From: a virus | Reading direction: 5' to 3' (one strand) | DNA: 36,220 bases | IMG/VR virus record: IMGVR_UViG_3300045988_159601 | Coordinates: 1-36,220 of that record | Shown: piece by piece, positions 1-7,227 of the stretch | Position numbering within the stretch: position 1 is the stretch's first letter | How the letters are laid out: each line of letters opens with the position of its first letter | Notes under the pieces: model-generated | The model's database searches: none | What the model saw: only the letters and a program-made list of their open reading frames with translations | Told to the model about the DNA's origin: nothing | Made by a program: the position numbers and the translations under genes

Positions 1-119
1 GAAGTTTCCGATAGTCGTTATTGACGAACTCTCTAGCTTCAAATCGGCGCAGGCCAAACGCTGGAAAGCGTTGAAACAGGTCAGGCGGCGTATGCGCCGC
101 GTTATCGAGCTGACTGGTA
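1..119. repeat. Terminal direct repeat, identical to 36102..36220 (circular-closure overlap of the contig)
   Basis: Base-by-base reading: nt 1..119 (gaagtttccgatagtcg...gagctgactggta) equal 36102..36220. The repeat lies inside the SNF2 helicase coding sequence. Confidence 0.95.
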
Positions 120-1000
120 CACCCCGCCCGAACGGCCTAGCTGACCTGTGGCCGGAACTGTACCTGCTGGACGGTGGCCGGAGACTGGGCCGCACACTCA
201 CCCAGTTCCGGCGGGACTACCTGCTGCCCGACAAGTCCAACGGGCCTATCGTGTACAGCTACCGGCCCAGGCCTGGGGCGGAAGAAGAGGTCTACGGCCT
301 TATTTCTGATATATGTATGTCGATAAAAAAGGAAGACGTGATTTCCCTTCCAGGCCAAACCTACCATGACATTCTGCTACCCGCCCCGCCCGATCTAATG
401 AGGCAATACAGACAGTTTGAGCGGGAGCAGGTGATGGAGTGCATGGACGGAGACGGGCAGATCGTGGCCACGTCCGCCGCTACGTTGAGTAACAAATTGT
501 TACAGTTTGCGAATGGGGCTATCTACGATACCGACGGACAGACGCACAGCATCCACGCCCTGAAACTGGAAGCCCTGGAAGAGCTGGTAGAACGTGCGGG
601 CGGGGACAGCGTGCTAGTGCTGTACAGCTACAAACACGATGCCGAACGAATCCGGCGGCGCATACAGTGCCGGACGTTGGACACTCCGGCGGACATAGAG
701 GCGTGGAACCGGGGAGAAATCCCCGTAGCCCTGGCCCACCCGGCCAGCATCGGGCACGGGCTAAATCTGCAATACGGCGGGCATATCATTATCTGGTTCG
801 GCCTGCCGTGGAGCCTTGAGCTGTACCAGCAGGCTAATGAGCGGTTAAACCGCCCAGGACAGCAGAACGTGTGCCATGTGTACCATCTCATGCTAGCCGG
901 TACGCACGACAGCCGGGTACTAAAGGCCCTACAAGATAAGGACTTCGGACAAGCCGGGGCACTGGAGGCGCTACGCCTGGAAATCACGAAGGGGGGATAA
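2..1000 (+). CDS. SNF2/DEAD-like helicase, C-terminal part. The 5' part is 35746..36220; the full gene is about 451 aa across the circular junction.
   Basis: The reading frame is continuous with 35746..36220 through the 119-nt overlap (position 2 = 36103, in frame with ATG 35746). Helicase C-terminal type sequence (LVLYSYKHD..., IPVALAHPASIGHGLNLQ, NRPGQ). Stop at 998..1000. Confidence 0.85.
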   Translation, partial: KFPIVVIDELSSFKSAQAKRWKALKQVRRRMRRVIELTGTPRPNGLADLWPELYLLDGGRRLGRTLTQFRRDYLLPDKSNGPIVYSYRPRPGAEEEVYGLISDICMSIKKEDVISLPGQTYHDILLPAPPDLMRQYRQFEREQVMECMDGDGQIVATSAATLSNKLLQFANGAIYDTDGQTHSIHALKLEALEELVERAGGDSVLVLYSYKHDAERIRRRIQCRTLDTPADIEAWNRGEIPVALAHPASIGHGLNLQYGGHIIIWFGLPWSLELYQQANERLNRPGQQNVCHVYHLMLAGTHDSRVLKALQDKDFGQAGALEALRLEITKGG

Positions 1001-1001
1001 T

Positions 1002-1460
1002 ATGCCTTTTACCAAGGAGGAACTGGCTGCCATGGCAGCAGCGGACGCAGAGATCGAGCGTGATTTTTGCATGGACCTGGAAGAGCGCCGAGCGGCCCAC
1101 GAGAGAGATGACGAGGCAGACAGCCGGAAACGGCCCGGTCGGGACGCTAGGCGGCGAGAATATTCCCGGCGGTACAAAGCCAGGAACAAAGCCGAGCTAG
1201 CACGCAAAAAACAGGCGGAAAGGGCTGCTTGGTCTCCCGAAAAACGAGAGCAAGAGCTGATAAAGCAGCGGGAGAGATACCGCCGAAACCGTGAGGAACG
1301 GCTGGCCTACCAACGGGCGTATGACGCGGCGCACAAGGACCAAATAACGGCCCGGAAAAAGGCCAAAAAAGAGAGGGAGAAAAAACAGGCTGAGGGGATG
1401 CAGGTAACGAAATCAGGGTCCAACTGGACCCTAAGCGGAATGAGGGGGACGGACGAATGA
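1002..1460 (+). CDS. Hypothetical, highly charged Arg/Glu/Lys-rich protein (152 aa)
   Basis: The ATG is 2 nt after the helicase stop, with a G-rich SD (aaggggggataat) upstream. Internally repetitive RR-EY-RRY-ARN / RERYRRNRE segments. No family recognised. Confidence 0.6.
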   Translation: MPFTKEELAAMAAADAEIERDFCMDLEERRAAHERDDEADSRKRPGRDARRREYSRRYKARNKAELARKKQAERAAWSPEKREQELIKQRERYRRNREERLAYQRAYDAAHKDQITARKKAKKEREKKQAEGMQVTKSGSNWTLSGMRGTDE

Positions 1461-1732
1461 GGCAGAAACCACGCCGGGACCGGGACGCTATCATCCCCTA
1501 CCGGGAGCGAATCTTGCTCTTGGCAAAAATCCTGTACAATGAGACCGACAGGGACAACCCGGTAACATTAACGGAGTTGTTGGACGTGCTTGACACGAAT
1601 TTTGGTAGGGGCGCAAAACGGGCCACTTTGCAGGCCGACATTAAGGCCATTAGTGAAACGTTATTCCCCGTTAACTACTATTACATGCGGGACCACGGAT
1701 ACGGATATTACAGAGAGGATGGAGATAAATAA
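1457..1732 (+). CDS. Hypothetical small protein (91 aa), possible winged-helix regulator
   Basis: ATGA start/stop overlap with the upstream gene and TAATG overlap with dcd indicate translational coupling. The function call is a weak impression only. Confidence 0.55.
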   Translation: MRQKPRRDRDAIIPYRERILLLAKILYNETDRDNPVTLTELLDVLDTNFGRGAKRATLQADIKAISETLFPVNYYYMRDHGYGYYREDGDK

Positions 1733-2262
1733 TGCTCACAGGAAACGAAATCAGATTGCAAGTGGAGTCTAAGCGGCTCGTGATCGAGCCGTTCGACCCC
1801 GCCTGTATCGGCCCCAACAGCTACGACGTGCATTTAGCCCCGGACATGTTTGTCTACCGGGAGCCGGTGCTCGACACCCGCCGGGAGAACCGGGGCCGGT
1901 CGTTCCGCATCCCGGATGAGGGACTGGTACTCCAACCCGGTACGCTGTACCTGGGTGCTACCGTGGAGACCACGGAGTGCATAGATTTAATCCCTATGTA
2001 TGAGGGCCGCTCTAGCATGGGGCGATTGGGACTGTTCAGCCACATCACCGCCGGATTCGGGGACGTGGGCTTCCGGGGCCGCTGGACGTTGGAGTTGGCA
2101 GTAGTTCAGCCCGTGCGGATATACGCCGGTATGCGTATCGGGCAGCTGTCGTTCTATCGCCCGGACGGGGAGATACTGCAACAGTACACCGGGAAATATC
2201 AGGACCAGGTAGGCGCAACGGCAAGCCGCGCATACCGTGATCGAGAGTGGGGGTTGGACTAA
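1732..2262 (+). CDS. dcd: dCTP deaminase (dCTP deaminase/dUTPase superfamily)
   Basis: 176 aa with the characteristic segments NSYDVHL, LQPGTLYLGATVE, YEGRSSMGRLGL, HITAGFGDVGFRGRWTLEL and MRIGQLSF. Confidence 0.85.
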   Translation: MLTGNEIRLQVESKRLVIEPFDPACIGPNSYDVHLAPDMFVYREPVLDTRRENRGRSFRIPDEGLVLQPGTLYLGATVETTECIDLIPMYEGRSSMGRLGLFSHITAGFGDVGFRGRWTLELAVVQPVRIYAGMRIGQLSFYRPDGEILQQYTGKYQDQVGATASRAYRDREWGLD

Positions 2263-2402
2263 TGCAGGGCGCTAAATACCGGCTGTGCCGTAAGTGTGGC
2301 CAGCGTTGGAACGTGTCGGCGCTGGAACCGGGAGAACGGGTGTATATCTGCCCGGTCTGTGACTGGAAAGCCCGCCGGGAACGGCGGGCGCGGGAGGTGT
2401 AA
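2262..2402 (+). CDS. Small zinc-ribbon protein (46 aa), below the ORF-track size cutoff
   Basis: The ATG overlaps the dcd stop (TAATG). Translation is MQGAKYRLCRKCGQRWNVSALEPGERVYICPVCDWKARRERRAREV, with two CxxC pairs and a basic tail. The TAA at 2400..2402 is followed by a GGGAGG SD for the next gene. Confidence 0.55.
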   Translation: MQGAKYRLCRKCGQRWNVSALEPGERVYICPVCDWKARRERRAREV

Positions 2403-2405
2403 GCT

Positions 2406-2738
2406 GTGGAACTGTTGGTAGTCAACGGTTGGGCGCGTATCGTGTACCGCCCGGAAGATTTTGAGGCGTTAATCCGTGAGAACATGGGTGATGATGCAGC
2501 CGCCTATTTCCGCCGCTTTTATGTGCAGTTGGGGGAGAAATCCGCTCAGGAACGCGAGTTAGTGCAGGCGGATTTAGACTACATGATGGAGGAATTGGGG
2601 CAGAACTCCGGAGCGTTCCGGGAAATCTATGACACTGTGGAGAAAATTCGTGCGCTATTCAGTCAGCCCCGCACCCGCTGGAAAGCCATTAAAGGGCTGG
2701 TGGACAGCATTGGATATGTGGCAGTAGATTATATGTAA
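2406..2738 (+). CDS. Hypothetical protein (110 aa, GTG start)
   Basis: ORF with a GGGAGG SD 8 nt upstream of the GTG, in the same tightly packed operon. Confidence 0.55.
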   Translation: MELLVVNGWARIVYRPEDFEALIRENMGDDAAAYFRRFYVQLGEKSAQERELVQADLDYMMEELGQNSGAFREIYDTVEKIRALFSQPRTRWKAIKGLVDSIGYVAVDYM

Positions 2739-2751
2739 TAGGAGGTACAGC

Positions 2752-3108
2752 ATGGACAACAAAAAATTCAATACCCTGGTGGATGAGCTTCGGACTGCTA
2801 GCATCGACACGCTGGCCGCGAAAAATGCAAAATACGCAGGCTATTCGGGGGATGCTCTCCATAATTTCCGGGAGGGTGCGGCTTTTACCGGGGATACCAC
2901 AGCACAAACCTGCTGGGGTTACATGGCGAAACACCTGGTAGCCCTGCATGATATGGTGATTCTCAACCGATTTGATGATCGAGAGGATTTTCTGGAGAAG
3001 TGCAAAGACACGGTAAACTACCTGTGTATCCTGTGGGCTATTGGCAACGAACAGCGGGAAATCGCACAAATGGCCCTGAATTGGGAGAAGGAAGAGACGA
3101 AAGAATAA
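2752..3108 (+). CDS. Hypothetical all-alpha protein. Tentatively DUF1599/Nmad1-like (nucleotide-modification-associated) or DUF3310-like.
   Basis: 118 aa with an AGGAGG SD upstream. Pattern AKNAKYAG...ALHNF...KHLVAL...DTVNYLCILWAI resembles those families from memory. Needs an HMM check. Confidence 0.6.
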   Translation: MDNKKFNTLVDELRTASIDTLAAKNAKYAGYSGDALHNFREGAAFTGDTTAQTCWGYMAKHLVALHDMVILNRFDDREDFLEKCKDTVNYLCILWAIGNEQREIAQMALNWEKEETKE

Positions 3109-3116
3109 AAGCCAAA

Positions 3117-3138
3117 GGCCGGGGACTATTCCCCGGCC
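3117..3138. terminator. Bidirectional rho-independent-type hairpin at the convergence of the plus early operon and the minus HTH gene
   Basis: ggccgggga-ctat-tccccggcc: 9-bp GC stem. T-rich run downstream on the plus strand (tcttcttc) and on the minus strand (tttggcttttattctttc). The right arm overlaps the last codons of the minus HTH gene. Confidence 0.6.
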
Positions 3139-3338
3139 TCTTCTTCGTCCACATATTCCATTAAATCACCTGGTTGGCAGTTCAGCAGCTTACAGAGTTT
3201 GTCGATGGTCACCGTCTCAAACCCGCCCGTGCCATTCAACGCCTTTGCTATGATGGTTGGGCTGATACCGGCTTTTCTCAGCCGGTATTTAGCTCCACGC
3301 TCTTCGAGCTTCGCCTTAAATCCGTTGTAGGTAATCAT
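3126..3338 (-). CDS. Small Cro/C1-type (HTH_26-like) DNA-binding protein, 70 aa
   Basis: MITYNGFKAKLEERGAKYRLRKAGISPTIIAKALNGTGGFETVTIDKLCKLLNCQPGDLMEYV has the typical HTH pattern. The ATG at 3338 overlaps the upstream stop (TAATG). The longer track ORF start (3401) would overlap the upstream gene. Confidence 0.75.
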   Translation of the reverse strand: MITYNGFKAKLEERGAKYRLRKAGISPTIIAKALNGTGGFETVTIDKLCKLLNCQPGDLMEYVDEEEAGE

Positions 3339-3700
3339 TAGCACACCGCCAATTCTGTTTTGAGCTGTACCAGCGTTTCTGTGTCTACCGATTCCGGCCA
3401 TACTGCGGCTCGGCGGACCTGGGCGCTGAACCGCTTAACCCTGGCCAGCCGCTCTCTTTCTTCGGGCGGTCTCACCGTCTCTATTTCGTCCCAGTCCAGC
3501 TCTTCAGGGTCCATGCTGGATTCAAAATCCAGTACGTTTGTAAAATCCAGGCCCAGGATGAGCGCCCCCTGCAACAGGGCCGGGTCAAGGTGGCCTTCCC
3601 GGTAGGTCAGTACTTCCCCATCGTCAAAAGTCACGGTCGTGATAACTAACCGCCGGGGTTCCGTCTCGCGGATTTCGCTCTTAACAGCTACGAGTTTCAT
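3338..3700 (-). CDS. Acidic hypothetical protein (120 aa), first gene of a two-gene moron
   Basis: The start at 3700 was chosen because the AGAAAGGA SD lies 8 nt upstream, as in five paralogous leaders. The track N-terminal extension (to 3820) coincides with promoter sequence. Strong excess of D/E residues. Confidence 0.65.
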   Translation of the reverse strand: MKLVAVKSEIRETEPRRLVITTVTFDDGEVLTYREGHLDPALLQGALILGLDFTNVLDFESSMDPEELDWDEIETVRPPEERERLARVKRFSAQVRRAAVWPESVDTETLVQLKTELAVC

Positions 3701-3751
3701 AGTGTCCATCCTTTCTGCCTTTCGGCTGTCCGTCTCCTTTACTGTGCCTTT

Positions 3752-3780
3752 ATTGTATACCAGCTTATACAGAATTGCAA
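3752..3780 (-). promoter_or_regulatory. Sigma70-like promoter of the acidic-protein/HTH operon
   Basis: Minus strand reads TTGCAA, 17 nt, TACAAT. About 80 nt of promoter plus leader is near-identical to 24096..24176. Confidence 0.5.
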
Positions 3781-3835
3781 CAGGCAGACTGTACAAAAAC
3801 AAGTACACCGCTTTGTGCAACCCGAAAAGAAAAAA

Positions 3836-3857
3836 CCCACCGGGTTTAGCCGGTGGG
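3836..3857. terminator. Bidirectional terminator hairpin ending the minus-strand late (lysis) operon
   Basis: cccaccgg-gtttag-ccggtggg, flanked by an A run upstream and cttt ctttt downstream. On the minus strand it is followed by ttttttcttttc. Confidence 0.7.
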
Positions 3858-3944
3858 CTTTCTTTTGCTGAAAAACGGGACTTTCGAGTGGTCCATATTC
3901 ATTATATCACTGGGCGCTCGAATCGTCAAGCGTTTTACCATGAC

Positions 3945-4730
3945 TTACTTGAGCAGCCCCAAACGGCCCAGCACAGCGGCCAGCTCATCCCGTTTGACAG
4001 GGCGCTCCGGCCCCGTGCCGTCCATGATACCGCGATGCTTCAGGCCCTGGAAAGCGCCCTCTTTTTTCGACCACTCAGGCTCCGGCAGGTTGTCGGCGTA
4101 GGCCATGGCCTCAGCTACGATAGCATAGCACATTTCAGGGGTGAGCTGCTCGACGATCTTCTTGATGTCCATATCGTTTTCCTCTCTGCCCGCAAGACGG
4201 GCGTTTACCTGCCCGGCAATCCACGGATGCAGGTTGTACAGGTAGTCCCCAGGACACACCTTGTCCGTTCGCGTCCAACGGTGTACCACCATGTTCTGCG
4301 CGGCCCAATTACCCATCAAATCCCGCCGTCCGTGCCACAGCAGCGCTTTAATACCGTTCCGCTGGCAGATGTCGGTCAGCAGGTCGAGCAGGGCAGACAG
4401 GGCTTTGTCCGTCACCCGGTTAGGCGCGTCAATGTCGCTTGCCACCTCAATAGATACTATTTGATGGTCAATCGGGTTTGACGTACACCATGCCCGATCC
4501 GATTCAGGCACGACTAAGGCAATGGACCCGTCCCCACCTACCGCATAGTTGCAGGAAGCACCATTTTTCCGGTCGTAGGTGGTAAACCGGCCCAGGTCCG
4601 CCGTATCCCGTGCGCGTTTGTTCCGTCCGCCCGCGGTGCAGTGGATAGCCACGCCCCGGATGACGCCGTTCCGGGGGCTTGTGCGGTTCGGAGAGATACG
4701 GGTATAGGTTACGAGTTTACTGTTGCTCAT
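3945..4730 (-). CDS. Endolysin: N-acetylmuramoyl-L-alanine amidase (Amidase_2/PGRP type) with an SLH-like C-terminal segment
   Basis: N-terminal IHCTAG...YAVGGDG...AWCTSN...IEV pattern of amidase_2. Located directly after the holin. AGAGG SD. Confidence 0.85.
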   Translation of the reverse strand: MSNSKLVTYTRISPNRTSPRNGVIRGVAIHCTAGGRNKRARDTADLGRFTTYDRKNGASCNYAVGGDGSIALVVPESDRAWCTSNPIDHQIVSIEVASDIDAPNRVTDKALSALLDLLTDICQRNGIKALLWHGRRDLMGNWAAQNMVVHRWTRTDKVCPGDYLYNLHPWIAGQVNARLAGREENDMDIKKIVEQLTPEMCYAIVAEAMAYADNLPEPEWSKKEGAFQGLKHRGIMDGTGPERPVKRDELAAVLGRLGLLK

Positions 4731-4923
4731 TTTGTTTTACCTCTGGCAGTCCTGCAACGCTGGTCAGCAGGGAGATGATACCGGCCAGCACCGTAGCGGA
4801 CAGTACAACCGGCCAGTCAACGGCGGACAGTACAGCCGCCGCGCCGATGCAGGCGATTGCGGTCTGTGCCATAGTCCGCACGGCCCGAACAAGCGCAGCT
4901 TTTAACCAAGCCTTGTTAATCAT
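4717..4923 (-). CDS. Holin (LL-H / phi LC3-like, 68 aa)
   Basis: KAALVRAVRTMAQTAIACIGAA plus a second hydrophobic helix and a charged C-terminus. GGAGG SD. Overlaps the endolysin start. Confidence 0.75.
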   Translation of the reverse strand: MINKAWLKAALVRAVRTMAQTAIACIGAAAVLSAVDWPVVLSATVLAGIISLLTSVAGLPEVKQNEQQ

Positions 4924-4928
4924 AGGTA

Positions 4929-5249
4929 TTACCTCCTATCTATCGGAAGTTCTTCGATTTCTGCTATTACAGTGTCAAGGTGGCCGTTACCACCCAGAGC
5001 TTTGTAATTTTTGTGCATTTCAAGTAAGGTTTCCTTGTCTGCAAGACTAATACTTCCCTTATTGATATAACACTGCCCCAAATAGCGCACACGGTCAACC
5101 ATCATAATTTTCTGGGCTGATACCAAGGCTGTTAAACGGTCATCCTCCCTGTCCTTCTTTGTCCAATATCTATTGAGCAGGGCTACGATGATAGCAGACA
5201 GCCCGCCGCCACCGAACGCGGCTAAAATGAGTTGCGCGATAGTATCCAA
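4929..5249 (-). CDS. Membrane protein with one N-terminal TM helix (106 aa, TTG start). Possible lysis accessory protein.
   Basis: The hydrophobic N-terminus ILAAFGGGGLSAIIVALL is followed by a charged soluble domain. Lies immediately upstream of the holin. Confidence 0.6.
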   Translation of the reverse strand: MDTIAQLILAAFGGGGLSAIIVALLNRYWTKKDREDDRLTALVSAQKIMMVDRVRYLGQCYINKGSISLADKETLLEMHKNYKALGGNGHLDTVIAEIEELPIDRR

Positions 5250-5279
5250 ATAGAATACCTCTCTATCTAATGTTCTGTA

Positions 5280-5729
5280 TTAGTTTTGTACCTCTTCCCA
5301 CCCAGCCGGGTAGGCATCCGGGGCATAGACGTTATTGGCAATTTTTGACCGGTAGGTCTTTCCGGAATAGGTACAACAGTCCCCAATGCCGTAGGGGCTG
5401 GTAGATAAGGCTACGAATGGTAGGGCTTTCGCGGGGTCGGTGGACCACTTAAACCCCCACTGAGCGGGTAGCTCTTCCGGCTCCTGTGTGTATACGCTGC
5501 TGTCGTAGGGCTGCAACAGAACAACAACACGCCCAGCGGTGGAACGGCAGACAAACCCGGCGGAACGGGTAGACATATTTTTCAGGGCTACGGCGCTCTT
5601 GAACGCCGGAATTTTATCCGTCTCAGCGTACAACTCCGTACCAGTCAGCGCAGAGGCCCGATCTTGCAGGTCTTTAGCATCTGCAAGGCCCTTCTCACGC
5701 ATTGCGGTAAAATAGATAGACTCAGTCAA
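5280..5729 (-). CDS. Tail-fibre-region protein with a possible carbohydrate-binding (CBM5/12-like) C-terminus
   Basis: 149 aa. C-terminal GDCCTYSGKTYRSKIANNVYAPDAYPAGWEEV resembles the aromatic-rich chitin-binding-type motif (from memory). Confidence 0.55.
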   Translation of the reverse strand: MTESIYFTAMREKGLADAKDLQDRASALTGTELYAETDKIPAFKSAVALKNMSTRSAGFVCRSTAGRVVVLLQPYDSSVYTQEPEELPAQWGFKWSTDPAKALPFVALSTSPYGIGDCCTYSGKTYRSKIANNVYAPDAYPAGWEEVQN

Positions 5730-6030
5730 CGCCGTTCACCCCTTCCATGTATGCCGCGTCTAAGTCGGCGGTAGAGATATACTCCGGTTCAGAGATAGGC
5801 TCAGACGGCTCAGGCTCCGGGACCGGCTCAGGGACGGGCGGGTCGGAGAACGTGCCCGTCTCAGGGTCGTACACCTGATTCTGTTTTACTGCTGTATCGT
5901 CGGCAACGTGCAGCAGTTTCGCCACAAAATCGGGGGCGTACCGGGCCTCGATTGGGATACCCGGAAAAATAGGGTCTTCGTCGGGAATGATTTCCGCGAC
6001 ATAGTTAGACTCCGAGAGTAAGATATACAT
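5722..6030 (-). CDS. Hypothetical tail-region protein (102 aa) with a PEP-repeat linker
   Basis: AAAGGAGA SD. Overlaps the downstream gene by 8 nt. Confidence 0.55.
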   Translation of the reverse strand: MYILLSESNYVAEIIPDEDPIFPGIPIEARYAPDFVAKLLHVADDTAVKQNQVYDPETGTFSDPPVPEPVPEPEPSEPISEPEYISTADLDAAYMEGVNGVD

Positions 6031-6058
6031 TGATAGTTAGTCTCCTTTCTAGGTGGTG

Positions 6059-7210
6059 TTACCAGAACAGCAGAACGACGCCGGGACTGGCTTCGCCGTA
6101 GTGAGGATCACCTAAATAGGTATAGGATGGACCGACAGCCGCTTCCTCAGAATCCAAGGAGCGACCCGCAAAGCCTCCGCCCCTACCACCAAAGCCGCAC
6201 CCGCCACCACCAGGGTACCCACTGTTGTCACTCTCCTTAGCGGAAGCATAGCCTCCGCCTGTGCTGCTGACACCGCCATTTCCTTCGCCACCGTAGGCGT
6301 TTAGCAGATTCCCGAACTTAGATACACCCCCGGAATTGTTAGTATATGGGGTGCTGGTGGCGTATCCGCCACCGGCTCCGCCCCCGCCACCGGCTCCGCC
6401 CCCGCCATTGGCGTTGCTATGGGAAACCCCACTACCCCCGGAACCCCCGCAGACTATGTTAGAGGCGCCTTTGGCGTTACCTGAGTCGGTGGGGGTGTTA
6501 CCAGCTCCGCCGCCACCACCGCCATAGGGACTAGCAAGAGACCCAGGACCCGAAATAATCTGTTTTTGAGGGATGACAAATAACCCCGGCTGGAAACCTT
6601 CGCCGCCTCCGCCGCCTCCGCCGCCACAGGCTGTATAATAGGGGCTGGTGGACTCTATGGATTGTGTGCGGCCACCGCGACCACCACCGCCGCCAAACCC
6701 TCCGGGCGCAGTGAGAAAAGTTCCGAACGACGTAGCCCCGCCGTTTCCACCGGTCCCGCCATCTCCGCCTGATGAACCAGAAACTGTCGCGACGGCACCA
6801 GCGGAACCATTCGCCCCTGCCTGTCCCACGGTGACAGGGATAGATAAGGCCGCGTTTAGTATCACAAAACTACAGGATTCTACCTGTCCGGCGGACCCAC
6901 CGCCACCGCCACCGCCGCCCTCATAGCTAGCGCCTCTAGAACCGGATGAACCAGCCCCGCCGCCGCCGCCACCGCCGCCACCGAATCCACCGCCGGAACC
7001 ACCGGCTGCGCCACCGGAATAGGGTAGGTCTGTGCTGTACTTGCTTCCGCCGCCAAGTTTACCCCCTTCGCCGCCGGAATAGGCCGCGCCACCGCCACCG
7101 CCGCCACCGCCGCCGCCACCGACGGCGATAGCTGTAAGCACAGTGCCATTTCTAATACCATGATCTTTCGGAATGAACGTCATAGATTCCTTGATAATCA
7201 TAAAACCCAT
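6059..7210 (-). CDS. Glycine-rich (polyglycine-tract) protein, putative receptor-binding adhesin
   Basis: 383 aa with many G6-G11 runs separated by short variable segments. AAGGGGG SD. Lies in the tail-fibre block. Confidence 0.7.
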   Translation of the reverse strand: MGFMIIKESMTFIPKDHGIRNGTVLTAIAVGGGGGGGGGGGAAYSGGEGGKLGGGSKYSTDLPYSGGAAGGSGGGFGGGGGGGGGAGSSGSRGASYEGGGGGGGGSAGQVESCSFVILNAALSIPVTVGQAGANGSAGAVATVSGSSGGDGGTGGNGGATSFGTFLTAPGGFGGGGGRGGRTQSIESTSPYYTACGGGGGGGGEGFQPGLFVIPQKQIISGPGSLASPYGGGGGGAGNTPTDSGNAKGASNIVCGGSGGSGVSHSNANGGGGAGGGGGAGGGYATSTPYTNNSGGVSKFGNLLNAYGGEGNGGVSSTGGGYASAKESDNSGYPGGGGCGFGGRGGGFAGRSLDSEEAAVGPSYTYLGDPHYGEASPGVVLLFW

Positions 7211-7227
7211 GCTGATTTACCCCCTTA

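Noticed and set aside
1-119. Genuine virion direct terminal repeat
   Set aside because: The repeat is in the middle of the SNF2 helicase coding sequence, far from the terminase/cos region. It is more consistent with a circular assembly overlap. Still testable with read termini.
3701-3820. N-terminal extension of the acidic protein ORF (TTG 3820 or ATG 3709)
   Set aside because: The extension overlaps the promoter and the conserved leader. ATG 3700 has the same SD spacing as the paralogous leaders.
3639-4481. 280-aa plus-strand ORF
   Set aside because: It runs antisense through the endolysin gene and straight across a promoter and a terminator hairpin. It has no recognisable domain.
6336-7131. 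Pro-rich and Arg/His-rich ORFs on both strands (6336..6527, 6648..6926, 6880..7161, 6946..7131)
   Set aside because: These are alternative frames or the complement of the GGN-repeat glycine-rich gene. Low-complexity translation artefacts.
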